From positions 6,698,001 to 6,762,000 of the forward strand of contig CM052816.1 of NCBI GenBank assembly GCA_028534125.1: a DNA stretch of 64,000 nucleotides, in the 5' to 3' direction. Positions 24,300-37,200 of the stretch are shown piece after piece. A program made the position numbers and the translations under genes. Below the pieces are notes generated by a model. The model made no database searches. It was not told where the DNA came from and saw nothing but the letters and a program-made list of their open reading frames with translations. Each line of letters opens with the position of its first letter. Positions within the stretch are counted from its first letter, which is position 1. Source of the stretch: Lama glama. Its lineage: Eukaryota.

Positions 24300-24610
24300 T
24301 GTCTTAGTTTGGTTGTGCTGCTGTAACAAAGTACCACAGACTGGGTGGCCAGTAAACAGCAGAAATGTATTTCTCGCAGCTCTGGAGGCTGGAAGTCTGT
24401 GACCAGAGGGCATGGTCACATTCTCACGAGGACCTCTTCTGGGTGGTGGCCTGCTGTCTTCTCCCTGTAACCTCACATCATGGGAGTGGGCAAGGGAGCT
24501 GTCTTGTGCTTCTCTTATAAGGCCAGTTATCCCATCTCAAAGGTCCCACCCACCTGATACTATCAATTTGGGGGTTAGGATTTCAACATACAAATTTTGG
24601 GAGGACATTT
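24300..24610 (-). mobile_element. MLT1A-type LTR
   Basis: TGTCTTAGTTTGGTTGTGCTGCTGTAACAAAGTACCACAGACTGGGTGGC...GGGGTTAGGATTTCAACATACAAATTTTGGGAGGACA. Confidence 0.88.
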
Positions 24611-24633
24611 GGGTGCCCCCTCCAAAAACACCT

Positions 24634-25260
24634 TCATTTAATCAACCAATATGTATTATCACCTACTTGCCAGGCACACCAGCACTGGAATACCATGTGA
24701 CATAGTCCTTGTTCCGTGGAGCTCAGCACATAGAAGAGGATGTGGTACAGAGCCTGGTGGTTAAGAGCACGTGGGGAGATGTGGGTTCTAAACGCAACTC
24801 TGCCACTTGCGAGATGTATAACCTTTATTATCCTGGTCAAGGTACTTAACCTCGTTGAGTCCGTTTCTCCATTTATAAAATGGTGATTTCCATCACCTTG
24901 TAGAATTGTGCTATTGAGTGAGATAATCTGTGTCTTATGCTTTGTGCAGTATTTAACACATATGAAGCACTGAATTGACATGGGCTATTGTTTTTATTAG
25001 TGAGGGACACGTAAGTCAAAGGTAATTAGAATATGATGTGATCAGTGCTTTGATAGGGAAAGTGTAGGAAACCCTTATCCAGGTTTCAGAGGGCTTTCAG
25101 GAGGTGGTGACACCCAGTCAGTACTTTAAGAGACAGCATGAGTAGTCATATTAAACAAATACAGAGCATTCCAGGGGAAAGAAACAGCACGTGCCGAGTC
25201 CTGGGGGAGAGAAGCGGCACACACTCTGCACGTAGTTTAGTACAGTGAGAGAGAAGTCTG
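24634..25260 (-). mobile_element. L2 fragment interrupted by a plus-strand MIR (~24740-24998)
   Basis: TTCATTTAATCAACCAATATGTATTATCACCTACT...; MIR GGTGGTTAAGAGCACG...GGTACTTAACCTCGTTGAGTCCGTTTCTCCATTTATAAAATGG. Confidence 0.75.
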
Positions 25261-26100
25261 AAAATGAGTGGGGAGAGCTGAGGGTGGTGTCCAGCTTACT
25301 TCCTTTTTCTTGACTCTCCTCTTCCTCCTGCTCCTGCCCCTGCCCCTGCCCAGGCAGTGGCCTCATCTCTACCCTACTTTTCCTCTTGTCACAGCTCTGA
25401 TTTGCTAGTGGCAAAAGATGCCCGGGAGAAAGTTGCTTCCCCTTGGTGACTTTGTTACAGAATCGCTGATGCAGGTACCCCATGGAAAACTTGGAGCCAC
25501 ATTCTATTTAGAGACATTCAGCCTACACAGCAGATCCAGCTGCTGCTGTTTGCCTCATTACCCATTAAGGGGATATTTGCATGGAAATAAACAATGTTCT
25601 TCACCTTGTTCTCCAGGCAGTTTCGTCCTGCAGAGGGCGGGTTGGGAGTGTGAGCAAGAGGTCACTTTCGAGAGGTGCTTCCAAGGATCCCCAGATAGGA
25701 ACATGGAATCTGAGGCTGGGAGATGCTTTGTGGCTCATTTCTGCTTTACTGTGACACAGAAAACTGTGAAAATCCCAATCCTAGATTCCAGGAATGAGAG
25801 GATTTAGGGAATGGGTGAGACTGGTAAGAAAATGATAAGTGATGTTGACAGTGGGAGAGTGTTGGCAAAACCATTAAAAATTGCTTCTAACCTACAATAA
25901 ATGCTGAATATATGACATATCTCCCTGTACTCCTCCTTTGTGTACCCATGGCAGACATTACTAGCTGAAGCAGCACTTTTCTTTTGAGCCCAGATAGGGC
26001 CTCAGAATCATTCTGAATGTAGTGCTTTAGAGACCCACTGCTGAGTATGTGGAGTTGGCACTTGCAATGAAGCACACTAACCACACTCATTGCTTCAATT

Positions 26101-26680
26101 AAAAAAATTTTTTATGAAAGTATAGTAGATTTACAATGTGTTCGTTTCTGATGTATAGTGATTCAATTATATATATAATACATATACATATATATATATA
26201 TTCCTTTTCATTATAGGTTATTACAAGATACTGAATATAATTCCCTGTGCTAAACAGGAGGACTTTGTTGTTTATCTATTTTATATGTAGTAGTGTGTAT
26301 CTCCCCATTTATCCTGAACTCCCAATTTATCCCTCCCCCTACTTTCTCCCCTGCTAACCATAAGTTTGGTTTCTATGTCTGTGAGTCTGTTTCTGTTTTG
26401 TAAATAAGTTCATTTACATCATTTTTTTAGATTCTACATGTAAGTGGTATCATATGGTATTTGTCTTTCTCTTTCTGGCTTACTTCACTTAGTATGATAA
26501 TCTCTAGGTCCATCCATGTTACTGCAAGTGGCATTAGTTCATATAGCAGCACATATACATACAATAGCCAAGAGGTGGAAGCAGCCTAAATGTCTATAGA
26601 CAGATGACTGGATAAAGAAGATATGATACACACACATGCACAGTGGAACACTGCTCAGCATAAAAAAGAATGAAAGAATG
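26101..26680 (-). mobile_element. Short L1 with 5' inversion (minus 26101-26542, plus 26538-26685)
   Basis: Minus 3'UTR ending in a T-rich tail; plus piece ATAGCAGCAC...CAATAGCCAAGAGGTGGAAGCAGCCTAAATGTC...AAAAAGAATGAAAGAATGTCATT; TSD TCATTGCTTCAATT / TCATTACTTCTGTT. Confidence 0.9.
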
Positions 26681-26983
26681 TCATTACTTCTGTTTTGATG
26701 TGCAGGGCAAGTCAAACCCATCAAATAAAGCATTTTATCCAAGATAAATCTGTACGTAATGGCACAGCTTAGGTTATAGTCTTGTGCTCCTAATCCAAAC
26801 CCCTGAAAGGATTTGCTCTCTTTAAAGGCATTACAAAGGTCAGTTAACAATTCTTTCCAAAAAGATACTATTACCATACCACTCCCCTGCTCAGCATCTT
26901 CAATAGGTCACTCTTCCTTGTAGAATAAGGTATGAACAACTTAGCAAAACATTCTAAGTTTTCCATCTTCTGAGACTGCCTTC

Positions 26984-27483
26984 NNNNNNNNNNNNNNNNN
27001 NNNNNNNNNNNNNNNNNNNNNNNNNNNNNNNNNNNNNNNNNNNNNNNNNNNNNNNNNNNNNNNNNNNNNNNNNNNNNNNNNNNNNNNNNNNNNNNNNNNN
27101 NNNNNNNNNNNNNNNNNNNNNNNNNNNNNNNNNNNNNNNNNNNNNNNNNNNNNNNNNNNNNNNNNNNNNNNNNNNNNNNNNNNNNNNNNNNNNNNNNNNN
27201 NNNNNNNNNNNNNNNNNNNNNNNNNNNNNNNNNNNNNNNNNNNNNNNNNNNNNNNNNNNNNNNNNNNNNNNNNNNNNNNNNNNNNNNNNNNNNNNNNNNN
27301 NNNNNNNNNNNNNNNNNNNNNNNNNNNNNNNNNNNNNNNNNNNNNNNNNNNNNNNNNNNNNNNNNNNNNNNNNNNNNNNNNNNNNNNNNNNNNNNNNNNN
27401 NNNNNNNNNNNNNNNNNNNNNNNNNNNNNNNNNNNNNNNNNNNNNNNNNNNNNNNNNNNNNNNNNNNNNNNNNNNNNNNNNNN
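26984..27483. other. Assembly gap (exactly 500 N)
   Basis: Run of N. Confidence 1.
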
Positions 27484-27617
27484 TGCTTGTTTAGGTCTTC
27501 TGCCCATTTTTGGATTGGGTTGTTTATTTTTTTCTTATTGAGTCGTATGAGCTGCTTATATATTTTGGAGATCAAGCCTTTGTCGGTTTCACTTGCAAAA
27601 ATTTTCTCCCATTCCGT
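27484..27617 (-). mobile_element. Young L1 ORF2 fragment whose 3' part lies in the gap
   Basis: [29 protein letters not shown]. Confidence 0.93.
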
Positions 27618-27866
27618 TGATTTTTTTGAATTCAGATGAAAACTTTACAGTTTAATTCTATCTCATGTCGTGGAAACACAGCAGGACTGAAAGTGTGCCT
27701 ATAAGCCCAGGAAGGGGAAATGAAGAGCAGAAACCTTAAGTTCACCAGGCTAGATTCACCATCCCTAGAACAGCCTACCTCACCCGCTCCACTTAGACCA
27801 CTTGGGTTTTACCCATTACTGAACATGATCTCTCAGTGCGCTACTACCTCTGTGAACCTAGGACAG

Positions 27867-28343
27867 TGTTAGGGGCTGAATTATGTCCCCTCAAATTTCA
27901 TGCACTGAAGTTCTAACCCCCAGTACCCAGAATGTAACTGTATTTGGAGATAGGGTCTTCAAAGAGACAGTTAAGGTAAAGGAGGTTATTAAGGGGTGGG
28001 GGGGCCCTAATCCATTCTGATGGTGTCCTCTTTTTTTCTTTAGCAAACTTTTTTACTGAAGTGTAGTTGGTTTATAATGTTGTGTTACTTTCAGGTGTAT
28101 AGCAAAGTGATTCAGTTATATACATAACATATATATAATACATATATATTCTTTTTCAGAATTTTTTCCATTATAGGTTATTAAAAGATACTGAATATAG
28201 TTCCCTGTGCTATATAGTAGGTCCCTGTTGTTTATCTATTTTATATATGCTAGTGTGTATCTGTTCATCCCAAATGCCTAATTTATCCCCATGTTTAAGC
28301 AGTCTGTGGTATTCTACTATGGCATTTCTAGCAAACTAGAACA
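27867..28343 (+). mobile_element. MLT1B/C-type LTR with its middle replaced by an L1 3' end
   Basis: TGTTAGGGGCTGAATTATGTCCCCTCAAATTTCATG...GTATTTGGAGATAGGGTCTTC and terminal TTTAAGCAGTCTGTGGTATT...GCAAACTAGAACA. Confidence 0.85.
28030..28290 (-). mobile_element. L1 3'UTR fragment
   Basis: Poly(T), then TGAAGTGTAGTTGGTTTATAATGTTGTGTTACTTTCAGGTGTATAGCAAAGTGATTCAG...AATTTATCCCC. Confidence 0.9.
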
Positions 28344-29859
28344 GGCTACTTGAGCTAGTTTCTGTTGCTTGCTATCAAGAGCCCTGTTTAAGATGTACCA
28401 CTGATGCATCCTCCTCCACCTCCACCACCAGCACTCCTTCACCATCGCCTTCTCCATCCTCTTTTTGTCTATCTCTTTTTAAGCATCTAGGGCCATCTCA
28501 ATAGTCATTTTCCTGCCTGGCTGTACCTACTTTACCAATTAGGCTGCCCAGTGCAAGTATGGTCCTCAGACAACAGAATCCAGGGAGGAGTTTTAAAGTG
28601 TATATTCCTGGGCCCTACTACAGACTAAGTGAAAGAGAATACATTTAACAAGCTTCTTTGGTGATTATTATCCACCTTCTCAAATGCTTACTTGTCCTGA
28701 CAATATGATATTTTCATGGGTGGCTTTCAAAACCACAAATTGGACTAACAAGAGAGGAACTTGCTGTAGGGATTTGGAAAAGTCGTTTCTTCTCTTTTGG
28801 ACCTCAGTTTGCCCTTCAGCATAGCAAGGAAGGTGAAGCCTAAGTGCACCTCTTGGTCTGTTCCTTCTTCAAGTGGAAGTAGATTTAGGTCAGAAATAGG
28901 ACATCATGTCAGACTACTAAGTAATTTTCGTATCTCAGTGTTTAAATTAAGACAGTACCCTCTGAGGTAAGGGCTAGTGCTGCCACAAAGTTCAGAGGAG
29001 CAAGAGTCAAAACCAGACACAGGAATTTATTGGCCCACAGTCCAGGCAAGAAGATGATAAGACAAAATTTGGACTGTGGTCAGACAATCTCTCACAAGCT
29101 AACTAAATACCCCTAAGGCCTTCTACTTCAGGAAGCCCATCTAGACTAAACAATACAGCAGGGTGACCCTCCGGTTCTCATTCTGGTGACCCAGGACTGA
29201 TCAAAACAGGGTAATAGTGTCACCAGGCCATGTGGCTGCCTTTGATGACAAACATCTGGAGATGAGGCAGAAGGAAGAGGAGACACTTGATTATAAATCC
29301 TAAAAAGGATTCAGCCGACTCAAGTTGCTGGGCAAACATTAGCTCTAACACTCAGGCAACCCCCAGTGGTAAAGTACAGCCAAGCTCTAGGAATCCGTCC
29401 TTCCTGCCATTTACGTGGAAGATTGGCCAAGGGTCTGTCTAATTGGGTGGGGGAGGAGTGTGATGAAGAGGGCAGTAAGGGGTGGAAGAGAGAAGACAGG
29501 ATGGGGTAGGGATGGAGAATTTTAAAAATCCCTGGGAACAACCAGCCTCCCTGGGTCAGTCAGCTGTGCTATCAGATCCTGTCACCAGCTTTGAGCCAAT
29601 CCTTGGTTTTGTTCCAGTTCCAAATACACTATGTAATTTTAAATCACTTTGTATTTGTCATCCAAAAAGCAAGGGGACCTTTTGCCTTTGTACACAAAAT
29701 GAATGAAAAATACATTCATGCCATCATTAAATATAAAATATGTTACAATATATAAAATATGGTGGGACAGCTTGCTCCAAGTGAGGAGTAATATTCTCGA
29801 ATCTTAAAACTCACCTCTATTCTTAGCTTGTTTATTAATTTATCACTAATATATTCATC

Positions 29860-30130
29860 TATTTGCTCATTCAGTCAACTCATATTTATTAAGAACTCTC
29901 TGTGTGCTAGGCATCATGTGAAACTCTGAGGATAGTATAACCACCAAGACAAACCTAGTTCCTCCCCCAGGGAGCTCCCAGTCTAGTGGAAGAGAAAGAC
30001 AGTAAACAAAATGTAAATAAATAATTATGCAGTTTCCCTTTTTGTAAGTGCTATGAAAGAGACATAAGAGTTGCTTAGAAAATGTTCGGTGGTTGTGTGC
30101 AGAGTCAGACAAGGCTTCCCTGAGTCCTGA
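29860..30130 (-). mobile_element. L2 3' end
   Basis: CATTCAGTCAACTCATATTTATTAAGAACTCTCTGTGTGCTAGGCA...GGAGCTCCCAGTCTAGTGG. Confidence 0.8.
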
Positions 30131-31613
30131 GCTGGCTCTGCCACTGCATCCTGTGTATGATGATTCTACTGGGCAAGTTCCTTCAGACTTACTAGCCTCA
30201 GTTTGCTTTTCTGTAAAATGATCAGGCTATACTCATGGACTCCAATGTCTCTTCGTTACACTATAATTCTTGTGTATTTACGACTCCACGCTTCTTGCAT
30301 CTATGAGTATATACAAATAATGTGTGTTTATATATTATATACACACACACACGCACACACACATATATATATATATATATTATAAAATGAATTTAGGAAA
30401 ACTGTCAAAGAAAACAGGGTGACCTTTCTCAGTACAGAGACCATCAAGGAGACAGCCCTTCCCAGAGAATAGTTTCTTCTCCTGGAACCCGGTCAGTGCA
30501 TCACTCCAATCCCCATCAGGACCATTTCTGGGTTGACGGCTTACAAATTTTCCTCCCCTAGCTGAAAGTATATTTCACCAGCATGCATGCAGAAGTGACA
30601 GAATCAGGTTAGGATGTGGAGAAGACTGACACGGTTTTTTTTTAGTATGAGGCACTGCAGAGAAGGAGGTGGCGAGGAGCCAATGATGGTGGCTCTCTGG
30701 GATGAGGCAAACAGGGATGCCTTTGTGAATGAGGATACTGGAATTCATCAGGGATACAGGTGTTCAGAGTCCGGAGAGAGGGACCAAATTAGGAAACTCA
30801 GGCTCGAGATTGTCCTTTGCAGTTAAATTTCTATTTAACTTTAGTCAAGTCATGGACTTTCTCTGGGTCTCAGGTACCCCCTAAGTAATGAACCACTTCC
30901 TCTAACTAGCTTGATGATATTAACATTAGGACAAGTTATGTGATCAACATGTTAAAGAGATAAACAATTATTTAAGACTGCCATCCCTGTCTCTCATTAG
31001 CAAGAATATGGCTAGAATTTTGGCTAAGTGGGCCACCTTCAGAAAAGAGCCATGTAAGAGGGAAAAACACTTGTCTCTCAGGACTGCTATGATATACATA
31101 TCAAAGTACTTTGTAAACAGCAAAGCATTGTGCACATATAAGGTATTATTATAATATAATAATTATTTTAAATTTCATTACGATTATTATGAATATAGTA
31201 TTATGAGAAATTAAATAGCTTTAATTGGGTGGTGGGATACATAGATGAATAGTTGGGGAGATGGATGATCACACATTTCAAAAGTCACATACAAGCATGT
31301 TCCCTATTACCTAATAGAGATCGCAAAAAAATGTCTACGACCCTTGTTATAAAGAAATCTAAGAGAAATTAGCTCTTCATAAATGCATACTACATGAGAG
31401 TTGGATTTTGATAACAGTATGTAAAAATGCCAATAGGTTGAGTGAATGATACAGAGCATCTTAATAAATATTAAGTCATCTGATGCTCACAAGATGGCAG
31501 ATATGGAAACTGAGCCAACAAAAGTTAAGAGCATGATTATTATCCATAAGATTTTAAAGAAAGAATGAAGAAGCAAAGTCCAAGTTTTCTTGCACTGAAA
31601 TCATGCATCCCTC

Positions 31614-31897
31614 AAAGGCAACCTATGGGATGGGAGAAAATGTTTGCAAATCATATACCCAAGAGGGATTAATATCCAAATTATATGAAGAATTCATACA
31701 ACTCAAAAGTGAAAAAACAAATAACCCAACCCAATTAAAAAATGAGCTAAGGAAATTCATAGGCATTTTTCCCAGGAAAACATACAAATGGCAAATAGGC
31801 ACATGAAAAAATGTTCAACATCACCAGTCACCAGTCATGAGGGCAAATCAAAACCACTATACCCTATCACCTCAAACCTGTTAGAATGATTACTATC

Positions 31898-31940
<43 letters not shown>

Positions 31941-31976
31941 GGAAAGAAAGAAAAAGAAAGAAAGAAAGAGAGAGAG

Positions 31977-32051
<75 letters not shown>

Positions 32052-32722
32052 AAAACAGAAAATAAGCAGTGATGGTGAGGATACAAAGAAACTATAACCC
32101 TGGTACACTACTGGTAGGAAAGTAAAATGGTGCAGCCACTATGGAAAACAGTGTGGATGCTTCTCAGAAACTTAAAACTAGAACTACTGTATGACCCAGC
32201 AATCCCACTTCTATCCAAAAGAACCAAAGTCAAGATCTTTGATTGGTCTCCCGTGTTATTACAGCATTATTCACAACAGCCAAGAGGTGGAAACAAACCC
32301 AATATCCATCAATAAATGAATGGATAGAGAAAATGTGGCACATACACACAATGGAATATTCTTCAGCCATAAAAAGGAAGGAAATCCTACCACATGCTAC
32401 AACATGGGTGCACCTTGAGGACATCAGGCTAAGTGAAATCATCTGGTCAGAAGAACATATATTACATGATTTCATTTATATGAGGTATGTAAAGCAGTCA
32501 AACTCATTGGAGCAGAAAGTAGAATGGTGATTCCCAGGGGCTGGGAGGAGGGAGAAATGGGGAGCTGCTAATCAATGGGTAGAAAGTTTCGGTTACGCAA
32601 CTGGAAAAGTTCTGGAGATCTGCTGTATAGCATTGTGACTGTAGTTAACAATTCTGTACCATTCACTTGAAAATTTGTTAGGAAGGTAGATCTCATGTTA
32701 CGTGTTTTTTACCACAATATTT
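31614..32722 (+). mobile_element. L1MA-type 3' ~1 kb
   Basis: ORF2 C-terminal remnants (MVQPLWKTVW..., TALFTTAKRWKQTQYPSINEWIEKMWHIHTMEYSSAIKRKEI) and 3'UTR ...GTAGATCTCATGTTACGTGTTTTTACCACAAT. Confidence 0.92.
31898..32052 (+). repeat. (GAAA)n compound microsatellite inside L1
   Basis: ~150 bp of AAAG/GA repeats. Confidence 0.98.
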
Positions 32723-33034
32723 TTTTAACGGGCTCTCTGGACTGTTGTGTTATGTCTTATGTTCCAACACAATGCCTATCTTGGCAAACAACAACGACAA
32801 CAAGCTATCCTTCTAATCAGTCTAGAGCCATATATTGCAATTGCTGTGCTCTCAGAAACAAATATAAAACAGCACCAGGAAAAAAAAACTTAAGAGATAA
32901 GCTAAGTAACCTCCCATTTCACAAATGAGAAACCTGGGAACTAGAGCTGGCCAAAGACTTGAATGAGGCCCTGTAACAAATCAATAAGTTATGTAATAAC
33001 CGAGCTTCCATTCCTAGACCAACATTTTACTTAG

Positions 33035-33195
33035 AGAAGACATTCGGGAACCTGATTACTTATCAAAAACCACTTGGAAACATAAAATATAAATGCCTAG
33101 GCCCTTGCAGAATTACAGAACACAGGGTCTCTGGGGTTGGGGCCAAGAATCTAAACTTTAAAAAGCTTCCATGGTGATTCTAACACAGGCAGTCT
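33035..33195. mobile_element. MER5-like hAT element (degraded)
   Basis: AAATATAAATGCCTAGGCCC...TCTCTGGGGTTGGGGCCAAGAATCT...AGCTTCCATGGTGATTCTAA. Confidence 0.65.
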
Positions 33196-34235
33196 TTCAG
33201 TTGTTGCTGACCATTTCGGTCAAGCGAAACCCTTGGTTTATATCTAATGTATTCTGCCTAATGGAAAACAAAAGTCCAGCTGATGTTCAGTGTACATCAA
33301 TCTTGATCTGGTCTACTTAAAAGGTTAGGGAAGGATTATCTCATAGGAATATCATTCCTTTTTGGAAAATAACTGGATAGTAACAGAGTTCATCAATGCT
33401 TGAATATGCATTCTCTATTAAATAACTACGAACACTTTTTCTGTGAAGATTTTTCGGTATCTCTACAGCCCGAAAATGATGTTTCTCAAGTCAAGTTCCA
33501 AACTTCATGCTTTTTGGAATGGAAGATTAATCATTTTCATGTCCATGTCTGCCTCACTGAATCAGGGTCATAAGCGGCTGGCTGGCAATCAAACAAGGAG
33601 CTCTCAGAATGGCTTGTCCTTTGCACGGTAGAGAGAAGGTAAGACCCAGAGGTTGTCGCACAAAGACTGTCTTTAACATTGACAGTACAAAGAAAGGGAA
33701 TGCCAAAGCCTGTTAGGTTAAACTCAATCAGCACAAATTCATTAAGAAGAAAAATTTCCATTCATTTCATCTTGGTTCTGTACCACATTCTACATTCATC
33801 ATTTCCTTCGGCCCCCTTAGTGTGGTCTTGTGTTTTGTGCTTAGGTAGATGACCTATAGTCAATGACTAGCCATTAGGTGATGAAGATGAGATTCAAACA
33901 CAGGTCCCTGTGACCACAAAACCTGGTTTCTCTTAAGCATTGTGTCATGGTGGGCCCAGGAGGGAAATGCTTGCATCTTGCATATTGTCTCTGTCCCCAG
34001 AGAACTAAGAGTTTAGCTGAGGGAAAACATGAATACAGAAAAGTGTCCTGTCTGAAAGGTTGCTAATATATGAAAAATATGTAATTTACCACTTGTATAA
34101 TATGGGTCAAGTCACTGTATCCTGACTTGGTTTTCTTACATTTTGCATGGAAGTATTAGAAAAGCATTATTATTATGAATCCAGGCTCTGACACCTAATA
34201 GCTTGGTTTTAAATATGATTCTTTTACCACTAAGT

Positions 34236-34570
34236 ACACATCTAAATCTGTTCTGCAAAAACTTTTAGGGCCAGATGTGTTTCCAAATATAAGGGGTGGG
34301 GAGACAGGAAAGTCACATACAAACTTTATACAACATACCAACATACCCCTATCCCGAAAAAGGTTTGGAGGAATACTCAATAATTAAAGACATATTTCTG
34401 CAGCAAAACATATGAATATTAACATTAAGTGAGATAAACAATAATAAATAGTCTGATGTCAGATCAGGTCATGCTTTACCACAAAATCAGTTCAAGTCAC
34501 ATAAGGTTTTGCTGATAAATACATTTTTAAAAAGTAACTTTCTACTTCAAAACTTTTTGTATTTAACTGA
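34236..34570. mobile_element. MER46C-like TcMar-Tigger derivative nested in a MIR
   Basis: GGGCCAGATGTGTTTCC, ATATTTCTGCAGCAAAACATATGAATATT, TGTCAGATCAGGTCA; MIR halves at ~34180 and ~34580-34740. Confidence 0.7.
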
Positions 34571-35299
34571 CTGAACTTACAGCTGTTAACCGTGGAGAAA
34601 TTAACTAATTTCTTCTTACTTCCACTTCCTCATTTGTAAAATGGAAATAATATGTATACATACTTCACAAGGCTTAAATGAATTAATGCAAATAAATCAG
34701 AGTGACACATGGTTCATAATAAATACTCATATAACTACCAACTTTGTATTTTTATTACCCTGTATGCACTTTTCACTTCTGGTATTCCATGATTCTAAAT
34801 AACTAAACAATATTTAAATAAGTTTAAGTTCACAGTGGAAGAGATTTCACGGCGCATGCTCATATGGAGTAATTGCTGGAAGGACTGTATAGGAATAAAT
34901 TGCTAAAATGGCTCATAATAGAAAGTTGAACACAACAGGAGGGGGTAGTCAAAAAAAGATTTCGTAGAAGAATTGATAATTCTTCTGTTGAGAATTCCCT
35001 TCAAGGGGCATTTTGATGGCTGAAAGGGAAGGGAATGCCATCAGTTAAGAAGTGAAAAGAGAAAAGGTTACAGAATCAAACACACTTGGCTTTGAATATG
35101 GCTCCAGCACTTATAAGCTATGCAAGCTTAGACAAACCATTTAACCCCGCTGTGTTTTATTTTCCCCTGCGTAAATAAGTGAGGATAATATTTATCTTTC
35201 AAAATTATAGGGAGGCTTGGAAATTATGTATGTAAAGCACACAGAACAATGGCTAGCAAGTCCTGAATATTACTAGCCATTAGAGGAGAACAAACTAAA

Positions 35300-35490
35300 T
35301 TCAAGTCAATATAAGAAAATTTTTCTTATGGTCAGAGCTTCTCCACACTGGGATGGCTTATCTTGTGAGGTACAGAGCTTTCCATAACCAACGCTTTTTG
35401 AGAACCAACTATCTCACCTATTTGAGAAGGGATTACTGTTTGGGAAGGTCATAAGACTGGCACCACCCACTGTCATCCCTTCCACTGCTG
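35300..35490. mobile_element. Probable L3/CR1 remnant
   Basis: AAGAAAATTTTTCTTATGGTCAGAGC...TGGGATGGCTTATCTTGTGAGGTACAGAGCTTTCC. Confidence 0.5.
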
Positions 35491-35712
35491 AGACTTTATC
35501 AACAGAGATTACGATGAGTTCTTTTGGAATTCATTTTAATTCATGTTTTTCTTATAAGATGAGGAATTTTGAGCCCTGAGAGCTGGTGGTCTGATTCAGG
35601 CAAGACTGAGGACAAAATAAAGTTTCATAGGTTGGGAGAACTCAGCTATGGCTACTTTTGAATGCCAGGATGAGAATTTGACTCCCAAATTAAGTAAGAG
35701 TGACATATTTTT

Positions 35713-36208
35713 CCATTTGCAGCAACATGGATGGAACCAGAGATCATCATTCTAAGTGAAGCCAGGAAAATAAAATACCATATGTTACCACTCATATGTG
35801 GAATCTAAGGGTGAAAAAAAGACACTATGAACTCATCTACAAAACAGAAACTAACTTGCAGACATAGTAAACAGTCTTATGGTTACTGGGGAAAGGGGGT
35901 GGGAAGGGATAAATCTGGGAGTTTGAGATTTACAAAGTTAGTCACTATAGATAAAAATAGATTAAAAAGAAAAGTTTCTTCTGTTTAGCACAGGGAACTA
36001 TGTTCAGTATCTTATAATAAATTTTAATAAAAAATATGAAAACAAAATACAGGTATGTATATGCATGACTAGGATATTGTGCTATACACCAGAAATTGAC
36101 ACATTGTAACTGACTATACTTCAATAAAAAAAATACATACATTTTTAAAAAACAGAAGTAATAAACTAAAAATATTCCTGGGGAAGAACAAACAGGAAAA
36201 AAAAAAAA
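35713..36208 (+). mobile_element. 5'-truncated L1 3' end carrying a 3' transduction (36134-36196)
   Basis: L1 3'UTR ends CTATACTTCAATAAAAAAAA; 63 bp of non-L1 sequence containing AATAAA; second A14 tail; TSD AAGAGTGACATATTTTT / AAGAGCCACATATTTTT. Confidence 0.88.
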
Positions 36209-36989
36209 AAGAGCCACATATTTTTGAGGCATCTTTTCCTCTGCAGGTTCCTTGGAACATGACTCCAAGATGCTTCTTGCCTCCCTACAGCAATGAAATT
36301 AGAACACTTTCACTTTGTCTTCTCCCTGCTCCTCTTAGCTTTCTCCTTCCTTCCTCTTCCTCTATTCTTTTTTATCTCCATCTCCACTATCATTTTCTCC
36401 AACATATAATCTCAACATTATCATTATCCCAAAGTGGTTGGTAAGAGGCCCAGTGCTATAAGTTAGGAGGAGTAATATGACAACTTATCTTTCCCTATGT
36501 CTGCATGTCCTCTCAACTCCTTGGAGGAAAGGTACCAAATAAACCCAAGCTATTATTATCACCAAGTGCCATACAGTATAGAGCATATTATTGGTGCCAA
36601 ATAAATAATTCCCCTTGGCAAGTCAATAGAGCGAGAGTGTGACAAGCCTGCAGCCTGGCTGGGACACAGGTTACACTGAGATAGAGCTTTGGAAGAAACC
36701 ATATATCAAAATAATGGCCTAAGATGTCAGTGCAGGACTCATGTCCTTTCAAGTGCATAGTTTTAAATAATTCAAAGTTCACGGAGGCTTTGCTGGGAAT
36801 GAGTATCCAGTCTCTCCCTTAAAGAGTCGGATTTGGGTCTGCTAAGGTCAACAAGCTTACCAATAACAATGTTTACACTCATGGTATTCTTTGCTTACTT
36901 AGCTTTTGTCATCTTCTGCTAATATAAAATTTGTGATAGTTTAAAAGTGGGAAGCCAACATTTGAAATGTCTAAGATCTGTGTTAGTAA

Positions 36990-37200
36990 ACACAATAGTA
37001 ATACTAGTATTCACTGAGCCGTTATTTCACCCCTATGTGAGAGGCATTGCACTAAACACTGGATATGTATTGCTAGATTAAAACCTTACAACAATTCTAC
37101 AAAATCGATATTACTGTGCCCACTTTACTACTGAGAAACCCAAGGCTCTACAATATTAATAAAATTTCCTAGGGCTGTATAGCTGATAACTGTTGGAAAA
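36990..37200 (-). mobile_element. MIR SINE
   Basis: TAATACTAGTATTCACTGAGC...CCCACTTTACTACTGAGAAACCCAAGGCTC. Confidence 0.7.

Noticed and set aside
31835..32108. Phe/Leu/Ser-rich ORFs
   Set aside because: They are translations of the (GAAA)n microsatellite.
33469..33638. Exon-like segment with CTACAG acceptor and AAG|GTAAGA donor
   Set aside because: Stops in all three frames and no supporting neighbouring exons; at most non-coding.
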